Assembly: GCA_900769705.1 (NCBI GenBank)
Contig: CAAGHP010000002.1
Location: 15,633-79,632 of the forward strand
Origin: Alphaproteobacteria bacterium
Lineage (GTDB): Bacteria > Pseudomonadota > Alphaproteobacteria > RF32 > CAG-239
Length of the DNA stretch: 64,000 nucleotides
Direction: 5' to 3'
Below are positions 9,756 to 19,808 of the stretch, in pieces. Position 1 is the stretch's first letter, and every line of letters begins with the position of its first letter. The notes beneath the pieces are model-generated. The model made no database searches and was not told where the DNA came from. It saw only the letters and a program-made list of their open reading frames with translations. The position numbers and the translations under genes were made by a program.

Positions 9756-9779
9756 TTTAGCTAATTACACGGCATAAAA

Positions 9780-9807
9780 GAGCCTCTGCAAACGAGGTTC
9801 TTTTTTT
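9780..9807 (+). terminator. rho-independent terminator after lpxA
   Basis: GAGCCTC tgcaaac GAGGTTC followed by TTTTTTT. Confidence 0.6.
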
Positions 9808-9818
9808 ATAACTTTAGC

Positions 9819-9847
9819 TTGACAAAAATCACAAAAAATGTATATAT
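9819..9847 (+). promoter_or_regulatory. sigma70 promoter, family copy C
   Basis: cTTGACAaaaatcacaaaaaaTGtATATAT. The downstream leader shares the AAATTnnAATTATTAAC element with copies A and B. Confidence 0.55.
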
Positions 9848-9892
9848 TTCAGCTAAATTCAAATTATTAACAATTTAAATTATTTTGAGCGT

Positions 9893-10573
9893 ATGAATAT
9901 TTTAAAAAGACTGTACTTACAGTACACAGCATTGAAAGGCAATTTTACCTTAGGTACTTTAATCGGCTTGTGCGAGGTTTATGAATATGACCTTGATGAA
10001 AGCAAAAATTGGCAGGCCGAAGTTGCATGGAATATGAAGTGGAGCCAAAAGGACGGCATGACAACAAACCGCGAGCTGCGCCGCATTTTGAGCATTTTCT
10101 TTGTCAACCATACTTTTATGAGTGACAAAGCTTTTGAAAAGGTAATGGCTAATCGTAGACGAGTGCTGCCTTTGGTTATGGCTTGTTTGAAAAAACGTCA
10201 AAAGCCTTTGAATATGGTCGAAAGCACGGTTATAGCCAAACTTCCGCAAGAAAATTTTGAACTTCTGCCCCGACCTCTGCATCCGCGGATTGAAAAAGAG
10301 CTTTTGACTTCTGATGAGGTTCAGAAAGTTTTTTGGTACTGCAATCGGTTTGAACTTTCTACCGATTCTGAAATGAGCTTAGTACTGCTGGCTACCGGAA
10401 ACAGTTATGCCGCCACAACCAGCAAAAATATTGACTATAAAAAGCTGCTGCTTGAATATGTCAAAAACAATAAAGAAGCATTTAACAATGATTATTCTTT
10501 TGATTTGCTGTGTAAACAGGACGGATTAAACGAGATCAAAGAGATTGTTTTAAGCCGCCGTGCTGATGTATAG
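9893..10573 (+). CDS. hypothetical protein
   Basis: 226-aa ORF bracketed by its own promoter and terminator. No domain recognised. Confidence 0.5.
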   Translation: MNILKRLYLQYTALKGNFTLGTLIGLCEVYEYDLDESKNWQAEVAWNMKWSQKDGMTTNRELRRILSIFFVNHTFMSDKAFEKVMANRRRVLPLVMACLKKRQKPLNMVESTVIAKLPQENFELLPRPLHPRIEKELLTSDEVQKVFWYCNRFELSTDSEMSLVLLATGNSYAATTSKNIDYKKLLLEYVKNNKEAFNNDYSFDLLCKQDGLNEIKEIVLSRRADV

Positions 10574-10580
10574 ATTAAAA

Positions 10581-10612
10581 AACAGTGCCTTTTATTAAAG
10601 GCGCTGTTTTTT
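10581..10612 (+). terminator. rho-independent terminator
   Basis: ACAGTGCCTTT tatta AAGGCGCTGT followed by TTTTTT. Confidence 0.7.
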
Positions 10613-10613
10613 G

Positions 10614-10642
10614 TTGACAAATTAAAGCACTTTGTCTATATT
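10614..10642 (+). promoter_or_regulatory. sigma70 promoter (TTGACA-17-TATATT)
   Basis: Exact consensus -35 with a 17-bp spacer, placed right after the terminator. Confidence 0.6.
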
Positions 10643-10681
10643 TTCTGACATATTTCATATTATTATCTAAAGTGTATTTTT

Positions 10682-11776
10682 ATGGGAAAGTTTAATTATT
10701 TCAAAATGCTGTCAAAGGCCTGCACCAGCAGATTGACTGATTTGGAAGTAGATGAGTTATGCCAGCAATATTGCCGCAACGAGGCAAATTGGGCGGGCAA
10801 TTTACTTTCGTTCCAGTTATCAAAAATACCGGATATTCAAGTTGCCGGCTACTTAAAAGTTTATGGTAAGAAACTGTGGCTGCTTTATTTCAAAATTATC
10901 GGCGCCAAACCATACGGCACGGAAGTGCAAAAGCTGCTGATTTACGGTATGCCGTATGATATTTTTACGCTACTGCCGCACAATTTGAGCATTGACGGAG
11001 AATTGTTACTGATAGAAATGCAAAAAATAAACGAGTCGCCTGACGACAGCTTTATTTTAGCAAAACTGGAATGGTATTTGCAGCATTATGCTTTGTCGTT
11101 TGAGGCTTTACTGAAGCTGATTGATCAGTCCGAAAAGCTCCAAGCGGCAAATAAATCTCAGAATTTTGCTGTGCTGCAGCCTTTGTGTTTTGCTGTGCAG
11201 AAATTTGCGGAAAGCTCTAAGCCCAATGCTTTGTCAAGCGTGGAAACACAGCTCAGAATTTTGAATTTAGCCGATGACGGACAGTTGATAAAAAGTCTTT
11301 TGCATTTCTTTGATATGAGGAATATTCCAAATGAAAAGGTTGTGCAAAAGCTGATTGAAATCGGTAATATCGATTATCTGAAAGAGCTTCTTTCACACAG
11401 CTGCGTTCACGAACAAAAAGAAAAAGTCTACCATGCTTTTCCGCAGCTTAAAACTGAATTGTTGCTTTCCGAAATCGGAGCGGCGGCTTGTCAGCTTAAT
11501 CGGAGCGAGGCTCTCTATGCCAAGCATCATGACTATGCTAAGTTGGTGCAGGGCTATTGTTCGGGATTTCCGATGTGCTTTCTCAGTGAATCAGGCAAAG
11601 TTATGCCGATGCTGCTGATTTGCAAGGGCCTGTATATCAGCGCCGGCACCAAGGAAGGGCGTTGCCGCTGGATAGAAAAGGCAATTGAATATTGCCGCTT
11701 CTATAAGAACATTACAGAACTTCAACAGGTTATTCCTTTGCTGAAACAGGCTTTGGCTGAAGAAAAAGCTTTATGA
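10682..11776 (+). CDS. hypothetical protein
   Basis: 364-aa ORF with its own promoter and terminator. No domain recognised. Confidence 0.5.
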   Translation: MGKFNYFKMLSKACTSRLTDLEVDELCQQYCRNEANWAGNLLSFQLSKIPDIQVAGYLKVYGKKLWLLYFKIIGAKPYGTEVQKLLIYGMPYDIFTLLPHNLSIDGELLLIEMQKINESPDDSFILAKLEWYLQHYALSFEALLKLIDQSEKLQAANKSQNFAVLQPLCFAVQKFAESSKPNALSSVETQLRILNLADDGQLIKSLLHFFDMRNIPNEKVVQKLIEIGNIDYLKELLSHSCVHEQKEKVYHAFPQLKTELLLSEIGAAACQLNRSEALYAKHHDYAKLVQGYCSGFPMCFLSESGKVMPMLLICKGLYISAGTKEGRCRWIEKAIEYCRFYKNITELQQVIPLLKQALAEEKAL

Positions 11777-11783
11777 TTGAAAA

Positions 11784-11842
11784 AAACGTCTGCCGGAATC
11801 AATCCTCAAAAACAGGATAGATTCCAAAGCAGGCGTTTTTTT
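11784..11842 (+). terminator. rho-independent terminator (long compound hairpin)
   Basis: AAACGTCTGC ... GCAGGCGTTT outer stem with an inner GGAATC/GATTCC stem, followed by TTTTTTT. Confidence 0.55.
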
Positions 11843-11865
11843 GTGCTTATAGAACATAATTTAAG

Positions 11866-11893
11866 TTGACAAGCTTTCTGTTTATTTTATATT
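11866..11893 (+). promoter_or_regulatory. sigma70 promoter (TTGACA-16-TATATT)
   Basis: gTTGACAagctttctgtttatttTATATT, located upstream of the Y-family polymerase gene. Confidence 0.55.
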
Positions 11894-11920
11894 TAGAACA
11901 ATTATAGAACAAGGTGCAAA

Positions 11921-13072
11921 ATGTCTAAAATAGCTTTGGTGGATTGCGATAGTTTTTTCGTTTCTTGCGAACAGGCGGATAATCCTGAGCTGCGCGGCAA
12001 AGCCGTCTGCGTGGTTTCTGGTGGAAACGGCTGTGTGGTTTCCCGCTCACGCGAGGCCAAGGCTGCCGGTGTAAAAATGGGACAGCCGCTTTTTATGGCA
12101 AAAAAGGAATTTCCGCAGGTTTTGTATATATCCGGCCGGCATAAAAAGTATGAGGAATATTCGGCAAAGGTTATGACTTGTCTGCAAAATTTTACTTCCG
12201 ATGTCGAGATTTGCTCTATTGATGAAGCCTATTTGAATCTGCATGGTTTAGACAAGCTGTATAAACAAGATTTTGCAACATTGGCAGCTAATATCCGGCA
12301 AACGGTTTGGAAAAAATGCGGCATACCGGTTTCAGTCGGTGTCAGCTCGTCCAAACTATTGGCAAAATTGGCCAGCGATAAAGCCAAAAACAGCGGTGGC
12401 GTGTGTGTGATAGAACAGGCTGATTTGCCGGAAGTTTTGGCGCAAACAGCGCTTGAGGATGTGTGTGGTTTTGGCCGGCAGCATACGGCAAAAATGAAAA
12501 TGGCCGGAGTGTTTGACTGTCTGGAGTTTACAAAGCAAACCGACAGCTGGGTGCGTAAATATTTGGGAATCGCCGGACTTAATTTGAAATATGAGCTGCT
12601 AGGCTATGTCGTCAGCAAGGTAAAATCGCAGGCCGGTTTGCCGAAATCGATTCAAAGCACTTCAGCTTTGACTAAATTTACATCTGATATTGATGTGCTG
12701 AGAACCTCGCTGAAATATCACGTTCATGCGGCTGGACGCAAGCTGCGCGAAGATAACTGCTATTGCCAAACGGTTGGAGTAATGCTGCGCACCAAAGATT
12801 TTACCGTTTACAGTAACTATATAAAACTAGCGCAGCCGACAAACGGCGAACAAGAGCTTTTTAAGGCGGCGCAAAGCCTGCTGCCAAAAATATATTTACC
12901 GAATATTTTGTATCGCAGCAGCGGCGTGATGCTGGAGCATTTGCTCAGCGCTAATGACTTTCAGCCTAATTTATTTTCTGTTACCGAATACAAAGATGAT
13001 AAAATCAGCCGGGTTTTAGATGATTTAGAAAAAAGATTTGGCAAAGATGTGGTAAAAAACGGTTTATTTTAG
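11921..13072 (+). CDS. Y-family translesion DNA polymerase (UmuC/DinB-like)
   Basis: N-terminus MSKIALVDCDSFFVSCEQ matches the UmuC/DinB catalytic start. Length is 383 aa. No umuD or lexA-like partner is adjacent. Confidence 0.7.
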   Translation: MSKIALVDCDSFFVSCEQADNPELRGKAVCVVSGGNGCVVSRSREAKAAGVKMGQPLFMAKKEFPQVLYISGRHKKYEEYSAKVMTCLQNFTSDVEICSIDEAYLNLHGLDKLYKQDFATLAANIRQTVWKKCGIPVSVGVSSSKLLAKLASDKAKNSGGVCVIEQADLPEVLAQTALEDVCGFGRQHTAKMKMAGVFDCLEFTKQTDSWVRKYLGIAGLNLKYELLGYVVSKVKSQAGLPKSIQSTSALTKFTSDIDVLRTSLKYHVHAAGRKLREDNCYCQTVGVMLRTKDFTVYSNYIKLAQPTNGEQELFKAAQSLLPKIYLPNILYRSSGVMLEHLLSANDFQPNLFSVTEYKDDKISRVLDDLEKRFGKDVVKNGLF

Positions 13073-13088
13073 AAAAAATAAACAAAAG

Positions 13089-13132
13089 TTGACAAATTTT
13101 TCTTGTACTTGGCCGAAAAATATGTTTTAATA
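13089..13132 (+). promoter_or_regulatory. candidate sigma70 promoter region
   Basis: TTGACA at 13089, then TTGTAC-17-TTTAAT. The exact hexamer choice is ambiguous. Confidence 0.35.
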
Positions 13133-13163
13133 AGCGTAAATAATCAAATACGGGAGAAATATA

Positions 13164-14567
13164 ATGGCTGAAGATACTGAAAATTTGCAAGAAGAAAAAC
13201 TGAACGCCGAACAGCAGGCTGAAGAAAACAATATTCCGACTATTGATAATATTGATAATGTTCCGCCGCTTGATGTTGAAATGTTTCAACAGAAGACCAT
13301 GTTAGATTTGTTCAATAAACCGGATAATACTCCGGAAAAGCAGTGGTTGTATCAACAAATCAACGACTATCTGCAGGCTGGAAGTTTCACTGAAGAAGAC
13401 GCGAATAACCTTAATCACCCCGTATATAATGAAATTTATCAGAACTATCTGAACGATTTGAGTTATGACATTAAATCGGATGTATTTTCACTGGACGCCG
13501 ACAAAGTAAATTCAGCCATTGAAAAGCTGCAAAATCTGGCATGCATGCAGTTTGCAAGCAATTTGGAATCGGCAAAACAATTTGACAAGGTAATGCGCAT
13601 CCGCCTTTCATCGGTGCCGCAGTTGGAATATGCTTTTGAAACTGCGGTTGTAGGACGCGATATTTTTAATATGATTAATTCCAGTTCAAATTCGGTTGCC
13701 ACGCAGATAGAAGTAGAAAACAAAGTGCAAAGTTTGGAAGATTTGTATGATTATAAGATAATAGACAATGAGCAAATGGCGTTTGGCTATCATAATATTG
13801 CAATTTTGATGGAACAGCTTTCGCGTAAAAAGTCTGATAGAATGGGCAACAACAATGAACAGCTGGCTTCATACGATTATATGGGGAAAGCTTTGCGCCT
13901 GACCAGCAATCCGCAGCTGATAAAAACCTGCTTTGAGTATCTGCCGGATAATATGAATAAAAAGATGCTGTTTGTGCGCGAAGCTTGCGACCGTGCTTTG
14001 GAAAATTATCAAAATGACAGTGCGGCACTCTATAAAATCCACACACTTTATGGTAAATCTATGACCAAAGAATACATCAAGTCTTTTTTGCATATCAAAA
14101 ACTATTCGGAATATAAAGAAACTGTTTATCACTATAAGGAAGCTTTTAATTATGCCGATTCTAAGGAAAAGAAAATCAAAGCTCTGCGCGGACTGGCAAA
14201 ATTGCAACAACATACCGAACCGGAAAAAGCTTTTGAAGTTCGCTCCATTTTGGCCGAACAATTTTTGGAGGGTAAAACCAAAGTCCGTGAACTGATGAAA
14301 CTGTCGCTGGAGGCAAAGCAGCCGAATATAAAAGCAGCATTACTGGAAAGCGCAGCGAATGAGCTGATAGACAGCAATACACTAAAAGCCGAAGAAAAAT
14401 CCTTACTGCTTTCTAATGTTATTCATAATTTGCGTCCGTTATACGGTGAAAATAAAGAAAAATTGGCTAACTTGCAGAAAATAGAACAAAAATATTGTAA
14501 AAAAGAAGAAAAAAGAGACTTTATGGTCGGTCGGTTGTCATCAAAAGGAAATGATTATTTTAATTAA
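13164..14567 (+). CDS. hypothetical protein with acidic N-terminus and lysine-rich C-terminal region
   Basis: 467-aa ORF with RBS GGGAGA. No domain recognised. A terminator follows. Confidence 0.5.
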   Translation: MAEDTENLQEEKLNAEQQAEENNIPTIDNIDNVPPLDVEMFQQKTMLDLFNKPDNTPEKQWLYQQINDYLQAGSFTEEDANNLNHPVYNEIYQNYLNDLSYDIKSDVFSLDADKVNSAIEKLQNLACMQFASNLESAKQFDKVMRIRLSSVPQLEYAFETAVVGRDIFNMINSSSNSVATQIEVENKVQSLEDLYDYKIIDNEQMAFGYHNIAILMEQLSRKKSDRMGNNNEQLASYDYMGKALRLTSNPQLIKTCFEYLPDNMNKKMLFVREACDRALENYQNDSAALYKIHTLYGKSMTKEYIKSFLHIKNYSEYKETVYHYKEAFNYADSKEKKIKALRGLAKLQQHTEPEKAFEVRSILAEQFLEGKTKVRELMKLSLEAKQPNIKAALLESAANELIDSNTLKAEEKSLLLSNVIHNLRPLYGENKEKLANLQKIEQKYCKKEEKRDFMVGRLSSKGNDYFN

Positions 14568-14592
14568 GTTCAGTGTTTTTCTAAACTCCGAA

Positions 14593-14622
14593 AATTCCGC
14601 TTTTAAAAGGCGGAATTTTTTT
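14593..14622 (+). terminator. rho-independent terminator
   Basis: AATTCCGC ttttaaaag GCGGAATT followed by TTTTT. Confidence 0.7.
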
Positions 14623-14806
14623 GACCAAAATTAAAATAAAACAAAAGGTTAAGGTGTAAAAAAGTGTGTAAAAAAAACGACCGTTTTTTTTACACACTAA
14701 ATTTATGGTATTTTAATAATACAGAATTTTGCGTTTTTTGCAATAAATATTTAACTTTGCGCTATTTTTTTCACAATTCTGTAACAATCGGACTGCGGGG
14801 GTTGAC

Positions 14807-14834
14807 AGTGCTGTTTTTTCGGCTAAACTATTCA
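14807..14834 (+). promoter_or_regulatory. candidate sigma70 promoter for pheA
   Basis: TTGACA-16-TAAACT. Confidence 0.4.
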
Positions 14835-14856
14835 GCAAAACAGAAAGGAATACAAA

Positions 14857-15699
14857 ATGTTGAAAATTGCATATCAAGGCGCTCCGGGGGCATATTCGCA
14901 CATTGCCTGCCATCAGCTTTTTCCAAATCAGGAATATGTGCCGTGCGACACTTTTGAAATCGCTATGGAAATGGTAAAAAACGGAAGTGTTGATAAGGCG
15001 GTTATTCCGGTGGAAAATTCCAACGCCGGACGAGTCAGCGATGTTCATTTTCTATTGCCCAAAGCCGGTTTACATATTGTCGGCGAACATTTTTTGCGGG
15101 TTGAACATCAGCTTATAGGCGTAAAAGGTGCAAAACTTGAAGATATTGTGTGCGCGGCGTCGCATCCGCAGGCATTGGCGCAATGCTCGGAATTTTTGCG
15201 GCAGCATAATATCAAGGCGCTGAACCGCATAGATACAGCAAAATCATGCGAAAAAATCGCACAGGAGCAAGATAAAACCAAGGCCGCGATTGCCTCGAAG
15301 CTGGCGGCGGAAATTTATGATTTGCAGATTTTGGCATCCAACATCGAAAACGCCGACAATAACACCACTCGCTTTTTGATTATGCAAAAAGAAAATGTGA
15401 TTCCTATTGATGACGGTGGAAAATTTATAACAAGTATTGTGTTTGTTACTAAACATATTCCGGCGGCTTTGTATAAGGTTTTGGGCGGATTTGCCACCAA
15501 TGGAATCAATATCTGCAAACTGGAAAGCTATTTGCTGAACGGTCATTTCTTTTCGGCGCAGTTTTATATTGAGGTGGAACAGCATATAGAATCAAAAGCT
15601 TTACGTTATGCTATGGAAGAGCTGAAATTCTTTTCGGAAGAATATCAGATTTTAGGCTGCTACAAAGCCAATCAGTATCGGGAGCATAAAAACAAGTGA
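14857..15699 (+). CDS. pheA: prephenate dehydratase
   Basis: PDT domain begins IAYQGAPGAYSH. A C-terminal ACT domain is present. RBS is AAAGGAA. Confidence 0.85.
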   Translation: MLKIAYQGAPGAYSHIACHQLFPNQEYVPCDTFEIAMEMVKNGSVDKAVIPVENSNAGRVSDVHFLLPKAGLHIVGEHFLRVEHQLIGVKGAKLEDIVCAASHPQALAQCSEFLRQHNIKALNRIDTAKSCEKIAQEQDKTKAAIASKLAAEIYDLQILASNIENADNNTTRFLIMQKENVIPIDDGGKFITSIVFVTKHIPAALYKVLGGFATNGINICKLESYLLNGHFFSAQFYIEVEQHIESKALRYAMEELKFFSEEYQILGCYKANQYREHKNK

Positions 15700-16595
15700 A
15701 GTTTGCTCAAACCCAAAAATTAGCTGATTTTTTACGAAAAAAACAAATTTTTCCGCAAATTTTGAGTATTAAAGAAATTTGTTTGGGCGGCAGTTCCTAT
15801 AATTTTTGTGTAAAAACAATAAAAGGCGAGTTCTTTTTAAAGCTGATTTCCGCTAAACAAGTTGAAATTTACAGACTTCTGAAAAAGATATTGTCGCAGT
15901 TTGAATTTTTATATCTGCTGCCGGAGGAAAAATTTGCAGATTTTTATCTGCTGGCTATGCCATATGTGGTTGGACGCAAGCTGAAATATAAAGACTGTTC
16001 GCCGGAGCTGTTTGCTAAACTGCAGGCGGAATACGCCAAGTTTCGGAATTGCAGTTTAGCGGCGGAATTTATCAAGCCGCAGCAGGATATGCCGAAAATA
16101 ATTGCCAAAATATCAGCCTGTCTGCAGCATGACAACAGCGTGGCCGGACGTTTGCTGAATAAATATTTTTGGCGGAAAATCAAACCTGAATTGGTGTGTT
16201 TGGATGGTAACACCAAATTTATTCACGGCGATTTGACGGCAAACAATATTTTGGTTGATAAAGACGGAATACCATATTTACTGGATTTTGAGCAAGTACG
16301 CTACGGCTACGAGATTGAAGATGTTTGTTATTTGTTTTTGCAACTCAGCGGTTTTCGCGGCCTGTGGGGTAGAATAGGGCGTTTTGCCCGTCTGCGGAAA
16401 ATGATTGAACCGTTGATGCAAAATGAAATCAGCGCGGAATATTGGCTTTATGGCATACAGCTGTTTTATCTTAATCATCTCTATCGCCGTTTGGTTAATC
16501 CCAAAAAACACAGCAGCTTTCGCAAAGAAATGTGTCTGCTTTGGAGCCTGCGCCAATACTTTAGACTTTCTCGTTATTTGCATACAGTGGGATAA
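15696..16595 (+). CDS. phosphotransferase, APH/choline-kinase superfamily
   Basis: Kinase catalytic loop IHGDLTANNILVD and DFE motif are present. GTG start overlaps the pheA stop. Confidence 0.65.
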   Translation: MKFAQTQKLADFLRKKQIFPQILSIKEICLGGSSYNFCVKTIKGEFFLKLISAKQVEIYRLLKKILSQFEFLYLLPEEKFADFYLLAMPYVVGRKLKYKDCSPELFAKLQAEYAKFRNCSLAAEFIKPQQDMPKIIAKISACLQHDNSVAGRLLNKYFWRKIKPELVCLDGNTKFIHGDLTANNILVDKDGIPYLLDFEQVRYGYEIEDVCYLFLQLSGFRGLWGRIGRFARLRKMIEPLMQNEISAEYWLYGIQLFYLNHLYRRLVNPKKHSSFRKEMCLLWSLRQYFRLSRYLHTVG

Positions 16596-16692
16596 TTTTT
16601 GAACGACAAAGAAAAACTCTGCTCAAAATTACCTGAATAAATCCGGTAATAACAGAAAACCGACCATAAATAAGGTAGTTTAGTATAACTTT

Positions 16693-17877
16693 TTACACTT
16701 CTTTTACATCTATACACTTTTTTGCGGGATTGTATGAAATCGCCAATTTGCCGCGGCAGAGCTTTTGCGCATCGGCACCGAAAACCTCAAATCGCCAGCC
16801 TTGCATTGCCGGAGTGTTTTGCGGCTGATTTAAGATAATAAAGCGCAAATCGGCATCAGTAGCAATAAGCCGAGCCGAAACACCATGTTCTTGGCTTTTT
16901 ATTTTCAGTAGCATCCGCAGCATTTCAAACAAGCTTTGCTCATGGTTTGGCACAGACACTTCTTTTTTACGGTCTTTACGGCAAAGCTCGGTCGGTATCG
17001 GATTTTGGCGCGCGACTTGCAAGGCTTCCAAAATTTCTGCGCCGAGCTTGCCTTTAATAACATCAGCTTTCAGGTTGCGAACCTGCTTCAAATCATCAAG
17101 CGTTTTGGGAAAAGTACTGGCAATGTTTAAAAGTACATCGTCTTTGATAATGCCTGAGCGCGGCGTGTCGCATTTTTGAGCTTTATTTTCACGCCATGCG
17201 GCCAAATATTTCAGCGCAGACAAAAAATGCTGGCTGTGCACATTGTGGCGAATGCGCATCCAAGCGTCATCTGGATTGACATGATAGCAATGCTCGTCGC
17301 AGAGCGCCGCCGTTTCTTCATCTATCCAGTGCAGGCGGCCTGTTTCTTCCATTTTTTGACGCAGATATTTGTAGCAATCAACCAAATAGGTTACGTCATG
17401 CAAAGCATAAACAAGCTGATTTTCATCAAGCGGACGAATGCTCCAATCCGTCAGGCGGCAGGATTTATCCAGCTCTACGCCGGTAATGGCCTGCACTAAG
17501 TTGCCATAACCAATGTTGTCGGCAAAGCCGCAGACCATGGCGGCAATTTGCGTATCAAAAACATTGGCCGGAATTTTACCGGTAAGATTATAAAAAATTT
17601 CTATATCTTGACGGCCGGCATGAAAAACCTTGACAATATTCTGATTATTCAAAATCGCAAAAAAAGGACTTAAATCCATGTCTTTTGCCAACGGATCGAC
17701 AATTGCGGCGCCGCCGTCATAGCCAAGCTGCAAAAGACAAAGCCTTGGGTAATATGTGCGTTCACGAATAAATTCCGAGTCGATGGTTATAAAAGATTTT
17801 GTGCTTAATTCCTGGCAAAATTGCTCTAATTTTTCGGTTGTATTTATTAAATTCATTATTATTTCTCCATAATACAC
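16693..17877 (-). CDS. rnd: ribonuclease D
   Basis: DEDDy 3'-5' exonuclease domain (FITIDSEF, HDVTYL) and a C-terminal HRDC region are present. Confidence 0.8.
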   Translation of the reverse strand: MYYGEIIMNLINTTEKLEQFCQELSTKSFITIDSEFIRERTYYPRLCLLQLGYDGGAAIVDPLAKDMDLSPFFAILNNQNIVKVFHAGRQDIEIFYNLTGKIPANVFDTQIAAMVCGFADNIGYGNLVQAITGVELDKSCRLTDWSIRPLDENQLVYALHDVTYLVDCYKYLRQKMEETGRLHWIDEETAALCDEHCYHVNPDDAWMRIRHNVHSQHFLSALKYLAAWRENKAQKCDTPRSGIIKDDVLLNIASTFPKTLDDLKQVRNLKADVIKGKLGAEILEALQVARQNPIPTELCRKDRKKEVSVPNHEQSLFEMLRMLLKIKSQEHGVSARLIATDADLRFIILNQPQNTPAMQGWRFEVFGADAQKLCRGKLAISYNPAKKCIDVKEV

Positions 17878-17978
17878 AGAATAGCGCCGATTGCTTAAGA
17901 TTTTTTTAATTTGTGATTGATTTTATTTTTATTTAGTTTTAAAACAATAGCAGTTTTAATAAATTTTAAGAGGATATA

Positions 17979-19736
17979 ATGAACGAATATCGGACGCATA
18001 CATGCGGACAGCTCAGAGCCGCCGATGTCGGACAACACGTTAAATTGGCCGGCTGGATTCATCGTAAACGCAACCTCGGCAATTTGTGCTTTGTGGATTT
18101 GCGCGACCATTATGGAATTACGCAATGTGTTTTTGACAGCTCATCTGATTTGTTTGAAAAAATTAAAGACACCAGAGTTGAGAGCGTTGTTGGTATAGAA
18201 GGCGAAGTTGTGGCGCGTGAGAGCGTAAACAAAAATATGCCGACCGGCGATATAGAAATCAAAGTTTCGGCTGTGGAAATTTATTCTGAAGCCGATGTCT
18301 TGCCGATTCAGGTTTTCGGCGAGGGTGATGAACCGGAAGAAATGCGCTTGAAATATCGTTTTTTGGATTTGCGCCGCGAACGTATTCACAACAATATTTT
18401 ACTGCGCTGCAAGGTGATTGCCGAAATGCGCCGCTTGATGACAGAGCAGGGATTTAATGAATATCAAACTCCGATTTTGACAGCTTCTTCTCCGGAAGGT
18501 GCACGTGACTTTTTGGTCCCGTCACGTTTAAATCCGGGTAAGTTTTATGCTTTGCCGCAAGCTCCGCAGCAGTTTAAACAGCTGCTGATGGTTTCGGGTT
18601 TTGACCGCTATTTCCAAATTGCGCCGTGTTTTCGTGATGAAGACCCGCGTGCCGACCGTTCTCCGGGTGAATTCTATCAGCTGGATATGGAAATGTCTTT
18701 TGTTACGCAAGAAGACGTGTTCAAGGTTATTGAAACCACAATGGGCGGCATTTTTAATAAGTTTGCCAACGGGCGTACCGTTACGCAAGCTCCGTTCCCG
18801 AGAATTGCTTTCCGCGACGCTATGCTGAAATATGGCAGCGACAAGCCGGATTTGCGCAATCCTCTGTTTATTGTGGACGCTACTCCGTTCTTTAATAATT
18901 CAGGTTTTGGCGTTTATGATGCTAAGGTGGCTAATGGTGAGCAAATCCGCGCCATCAAAGCTCCGGCTGCCGGCAACAAGCCTCGTTCTTTCTTTGATAA
19001 ACTTGATGGTTATGCCAAAGAAGAAGGTTTTGGCGGCATGGCTTATGTAGCTTTGTCTGACAACGGCTCTAAAGGTATTGCCAAGTATTTCTCTGAAGAA
19101 AAAATGAACGAACTCAAAGCTTTGTTCGATGTTAAAGACGGCGATGCAGTTCTGTTTATGGGCGGTCCGGCTAAAACAATCAACAAGTTTGCCGGAAAAG
19201 TCCGCAATAAATTGGGAGAAGAACTTGATTTGTTTGAAAAAAATACATTCAAACTGTGCTGGGTAGTTGATTTTCCGTTTTATGAAGAAAATGAAGAAAC
19301 CGGCGCTATTGAGTTTTCTCACAATCCGTTCTCTATGCCTCAGGGCGGCTTGGATGCTTTGAACAACAAAGATCCGCTGGATATTTTGGCTTATCAATAT
19401 GACTTGGTTTGCAATGGGGTGGAACTTGCTTCTGGCGCCGTACGCAACCACGTTCCGGAAATTATGTACCGTGCGTTTGAAATTGCCGGTTATGACCGTA
19501 GTGTTGTCGATAACAAATTCGGTGGCATGATTAGCGCGTTCAAGTATGGTGCTCCTCCGCACGCGGGCTGCGCTCCTGGTATTGACCGTACGGTTATGCT
19601 GCTTTTGGACGAGCCGATTATTCGCGATGTAATCTTGTTCCCGCTGAACGGTAAGGCTCAGGATTTGATGATGCAAGCGCCGAATACTGTTACGGAACAG
19701 CAGTTAAAAGAGCTGCATATTCAAATTAAAGAATAA
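17979..19736 (+). CDS. aspS: aspartate--tRNA ligase (bacterial type; probably non-discriminating given gatCAB)
   Basis: Class II aaRS motifs [14 protein letters not shown] and GLDR, plus an N-terminal OB anticodon-binding domain. Length is 585 aa. Confidence 0.9.
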   Translation: MNEYRTHTCGQLRAADVGQHVKLAGWIHRKRNLGNLCFVDLRDHYGITQCVFDSSSDLFEKIKDTRVESVVGIEGEVVARESVNKNMPTGDIEIKVSAVEIYSEADVLPIQVFGEGDEPEEMRLKYRFLDLRRERIHNNILLRCKVIAEMRRLMTEQGFNEYQTPILTASSPEGARDFLVPSRLNPGKFYALPQAPQQFKQLLMVSGFDRYFQIAPCFRDEDPRADRSPGEFYQLDMEMSFVTQEDVFKVIETTMGGIFNKFANGRTVTQAPFPRIAFRDAMLKYGSDKPDLRNPLFIVDATPFFNNSGFGVYDAKVANGEQIRAIKAPAAGNKPRSFFDKLDGYAKEEGFGGMAYVALSDNGSKGIAKYFSEEKMNELKALFDVKDGDAVLFMGGPAKTINKFAGKVRNKLGEELDLFEKNTFKLCWVVDFPFYEENEETGAIEFSHNPFSMPQGGLDALNNKDPLDILAYQYDLVCNGVELASGAVRNHVPEIMYRAFEIAGYDRSVVDNKFGGMISAFKYGAPPHAGCAPGIDRTVMLLLDEPIIRDVILFPLNGKAQDLMMQAPNTVTEQQLKELHIQIKE

Positions 19737-19740
19737 TCAC

Positions 19741-19778
19741 AAAGGCTCTGCTGTGTAATCGGCGGAGCCTTTAATAAA
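19741..19778 (+). terminator. terminator after aspS
   Basis: AAAGGCTC ... GAGCCTTT 8-bp stem. The U-tract is weak. Confidence 0.45.
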
Positions 19779-19808
19779 TTTATAAATCCGGTTAAACTAA
19801 ACCATGTT

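Noticed and set aside
14664-15048. ORFs 14664..14957 (+) and 14713..15048 (-) overlapping the pheA start.
   Set aside because: They overlap the pheA promoter and RBS in other frames. Apart from the possible leader-peptide idea, they are not credible independent genes.
18900-19676. 258-aa minus-strand ORF inside aspS.
   Set aside because: It is antisense to a highly conserved aspartyl-tRNA synthetase frame.
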